DNA from: Clostridia bacterium
GTDB lineage: Bacteria; Bacillota; Clostridia; Christensenellales; UBA1242
Reading direction: 5' to 3'
DNA length: 64,000 nt
Assembly: GCA_017507215.1 (NCBI GenBank)
Contig: JAFWBI010000003.1
Coordinates: 15,687-79,686 of the forward strand
Part shown: piece by piece, positions 63,265 to 64,000 of the stretch
How the letters are laid out: each line of letters opens with the position of its first letter
Position numbering within the stretch: position 1 is the stretch's first letter
Made by a program: the position numbers and the translations under genes
Notes under the pieces: model-generated
The model's input: the letters and a program-made list of their open reading frames with translations, nothing else
Databases searched by the model: none
What the model was told of the DNA's origin: nothing

Positions 63265-64000
63265 ATGAAAAAAGGATATTTTGGAGAGTTTGGTGGAAGT
63301 TTTGTTTCTGCTGAAATTCAAGAAGAATTAGACAAAATTGAAAAGGAATATAACAGATTAAAAAAAGATAAGGGATTTATTCGTGAGCTAAACAACTTGC
63401 GTAGAGATTATCAAGGAAGACCAACACCACTTTATTTCTGCAAGAATTTAACAGAAAGAGTTGGTGGGGCAAAAATCTATTTAAAGCGTGAAGATTTGAA
63501 TCACACAGGGGCTCACAAAATCAATCACTGCATTGGTGAAGCGCTTCTTGCAAAACACCTTGGCAAAACAAAGATTATTGCAGAAACTGGGGCTGGTCAA
63601 CATGGGCTTGCAATTGCAACAGTTTGCAGGGTTCTTGGGCTTGAATGTGAAATTCATATGGGCAGTGTTGACATCAAAAAACAAAGTGCAAATGTCAGCA
63701 AAATGAAAATGCTTGGCGCAAAAATTGTTGAATGCACAGCAGGAGACGGAACACTTAAAGATGCAGTTGACAGTGCGTTTGCGTCATATGCAGGGCAACT
63801 TGATTCAGCGATTTATTGCATAGGCTCAGTTGTTGGCCCACACCCATTTCCAACAATGGTTCGTGACTTTCAGTCTGTGATTGGAAAGGAAGCGAAAAAG
63901 CAAATCAAAAAGCACGAAAACAGACTTCCAGACTATGTTGTTGCATGTGTTGGTGGTGGCTCGAATGCAATGGGCATTTTTTATCCGTTCATTAAAGAAG
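63265..64000 (+). CDS. trpB: Tryptophan synthase beta chain (3'-truncated by the window edge)
   Basis: This ORF is not in the supplied track because it runs off the window. The translation from the ATG at 63265 (RBS AAGGAG) opens MKKGYFGEFGGSFVSAEIQEEL. It contains YLKREDLNHTGAHKINH (the PLP Lys), AETGAGQHG and ACVGGGSNAMG. Confidence 0.95.
   Translation, partial: MKKGYFGEFGGSFVSAEIQEELDKIEKEYNRLKKDKGFIRELNNLRRDYQGRPTPLYFCKNLTERVGGAKIYLKREDLNHTGAHKINHCIGEALLAKHLGKTKIIAETGAGQHGLAIATVCRVLGLECEIHMGSVDIKKQSANVSKMKMLGAKIVECTAGDGTLKDAVDSAFASYAGQLDSAIYCIGSVVGPHPFPTMVRDFQSVIGKEAKKQIKKHENRLPDYVVACVGGGSNAMGIFYPFIKE

Noticed and set aside
1-64000. A search for CRISPR arrays, tRNA/rRNA genes, IS elements, transposase or integrase genes and toxin-antitoxin pairs.
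   Set aside because: No regularly spaced direct repeats were seen. The intergenic regions have no cloverleaf-compatible sequences and no transposase- or recombinase-like ORFs. The apparent absence rests on manual reading, so small or degenerate elements could have been missed.

Overview
AT-rich chromosomal window from an endospore-forming Firmicute; spoIIGA, sigE, sigG, spoIIP, spoIVA and ylmC/ymxH are all present. There are three zones. (1) nt 1-20221 is one co-directional, tightly spaced gene block closed by a single strong terminator. It holds a basic helical protein truncated by the window edge, a VirB4/TraE-class ATPase with a fused PrgI/VirB3-like membrane segment, an uninterrupted 3885-aa (11.66 kb) polytopic membrane protein with about 11 degenerate internal modules, and a 1401-aa paralog of it. 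No relaxase, coupling protein, hydrolase, integrase or att site is visible. This is the candidate undescribed system: a type-IV-secretion-derived module whose VirB6-position genes have become giant surface proteins. (2) nt 20242-56621 is core housekeeping: lspA-rluD, tig-clpP-clpX-engB, a dcw cluster, pgm, the sporulation sigma genes, nrdR, spoIIP, der, plsY and spoIVA. The dcw cluster runs mraZ-rsmH-ftsL-pbp-murE-mraY-murD-ftsW ... murA-divIB-ftsA-ftsZ. Its odd feature is a bacterial mTERF-like repeat protein pair sitting between ftsW and murA. (3) nt 56699-64000 is more accessory: a GH18 hydrolase, histidine phosphatase, degenerate amidohydrolase, lipoprotein, alpha/beta hydrolase and a membrane XRE regulator. 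It ends with a textbook-looking ribosome-dependent Trp attenuator (leader peptide MFNSFIWWWRF) in front of a 3'-truncated trpB. No rRNA, tRNA, CRISPR array, IS element or integrase was recognised. All calls come from reading the sequence and translations; no database search was run.
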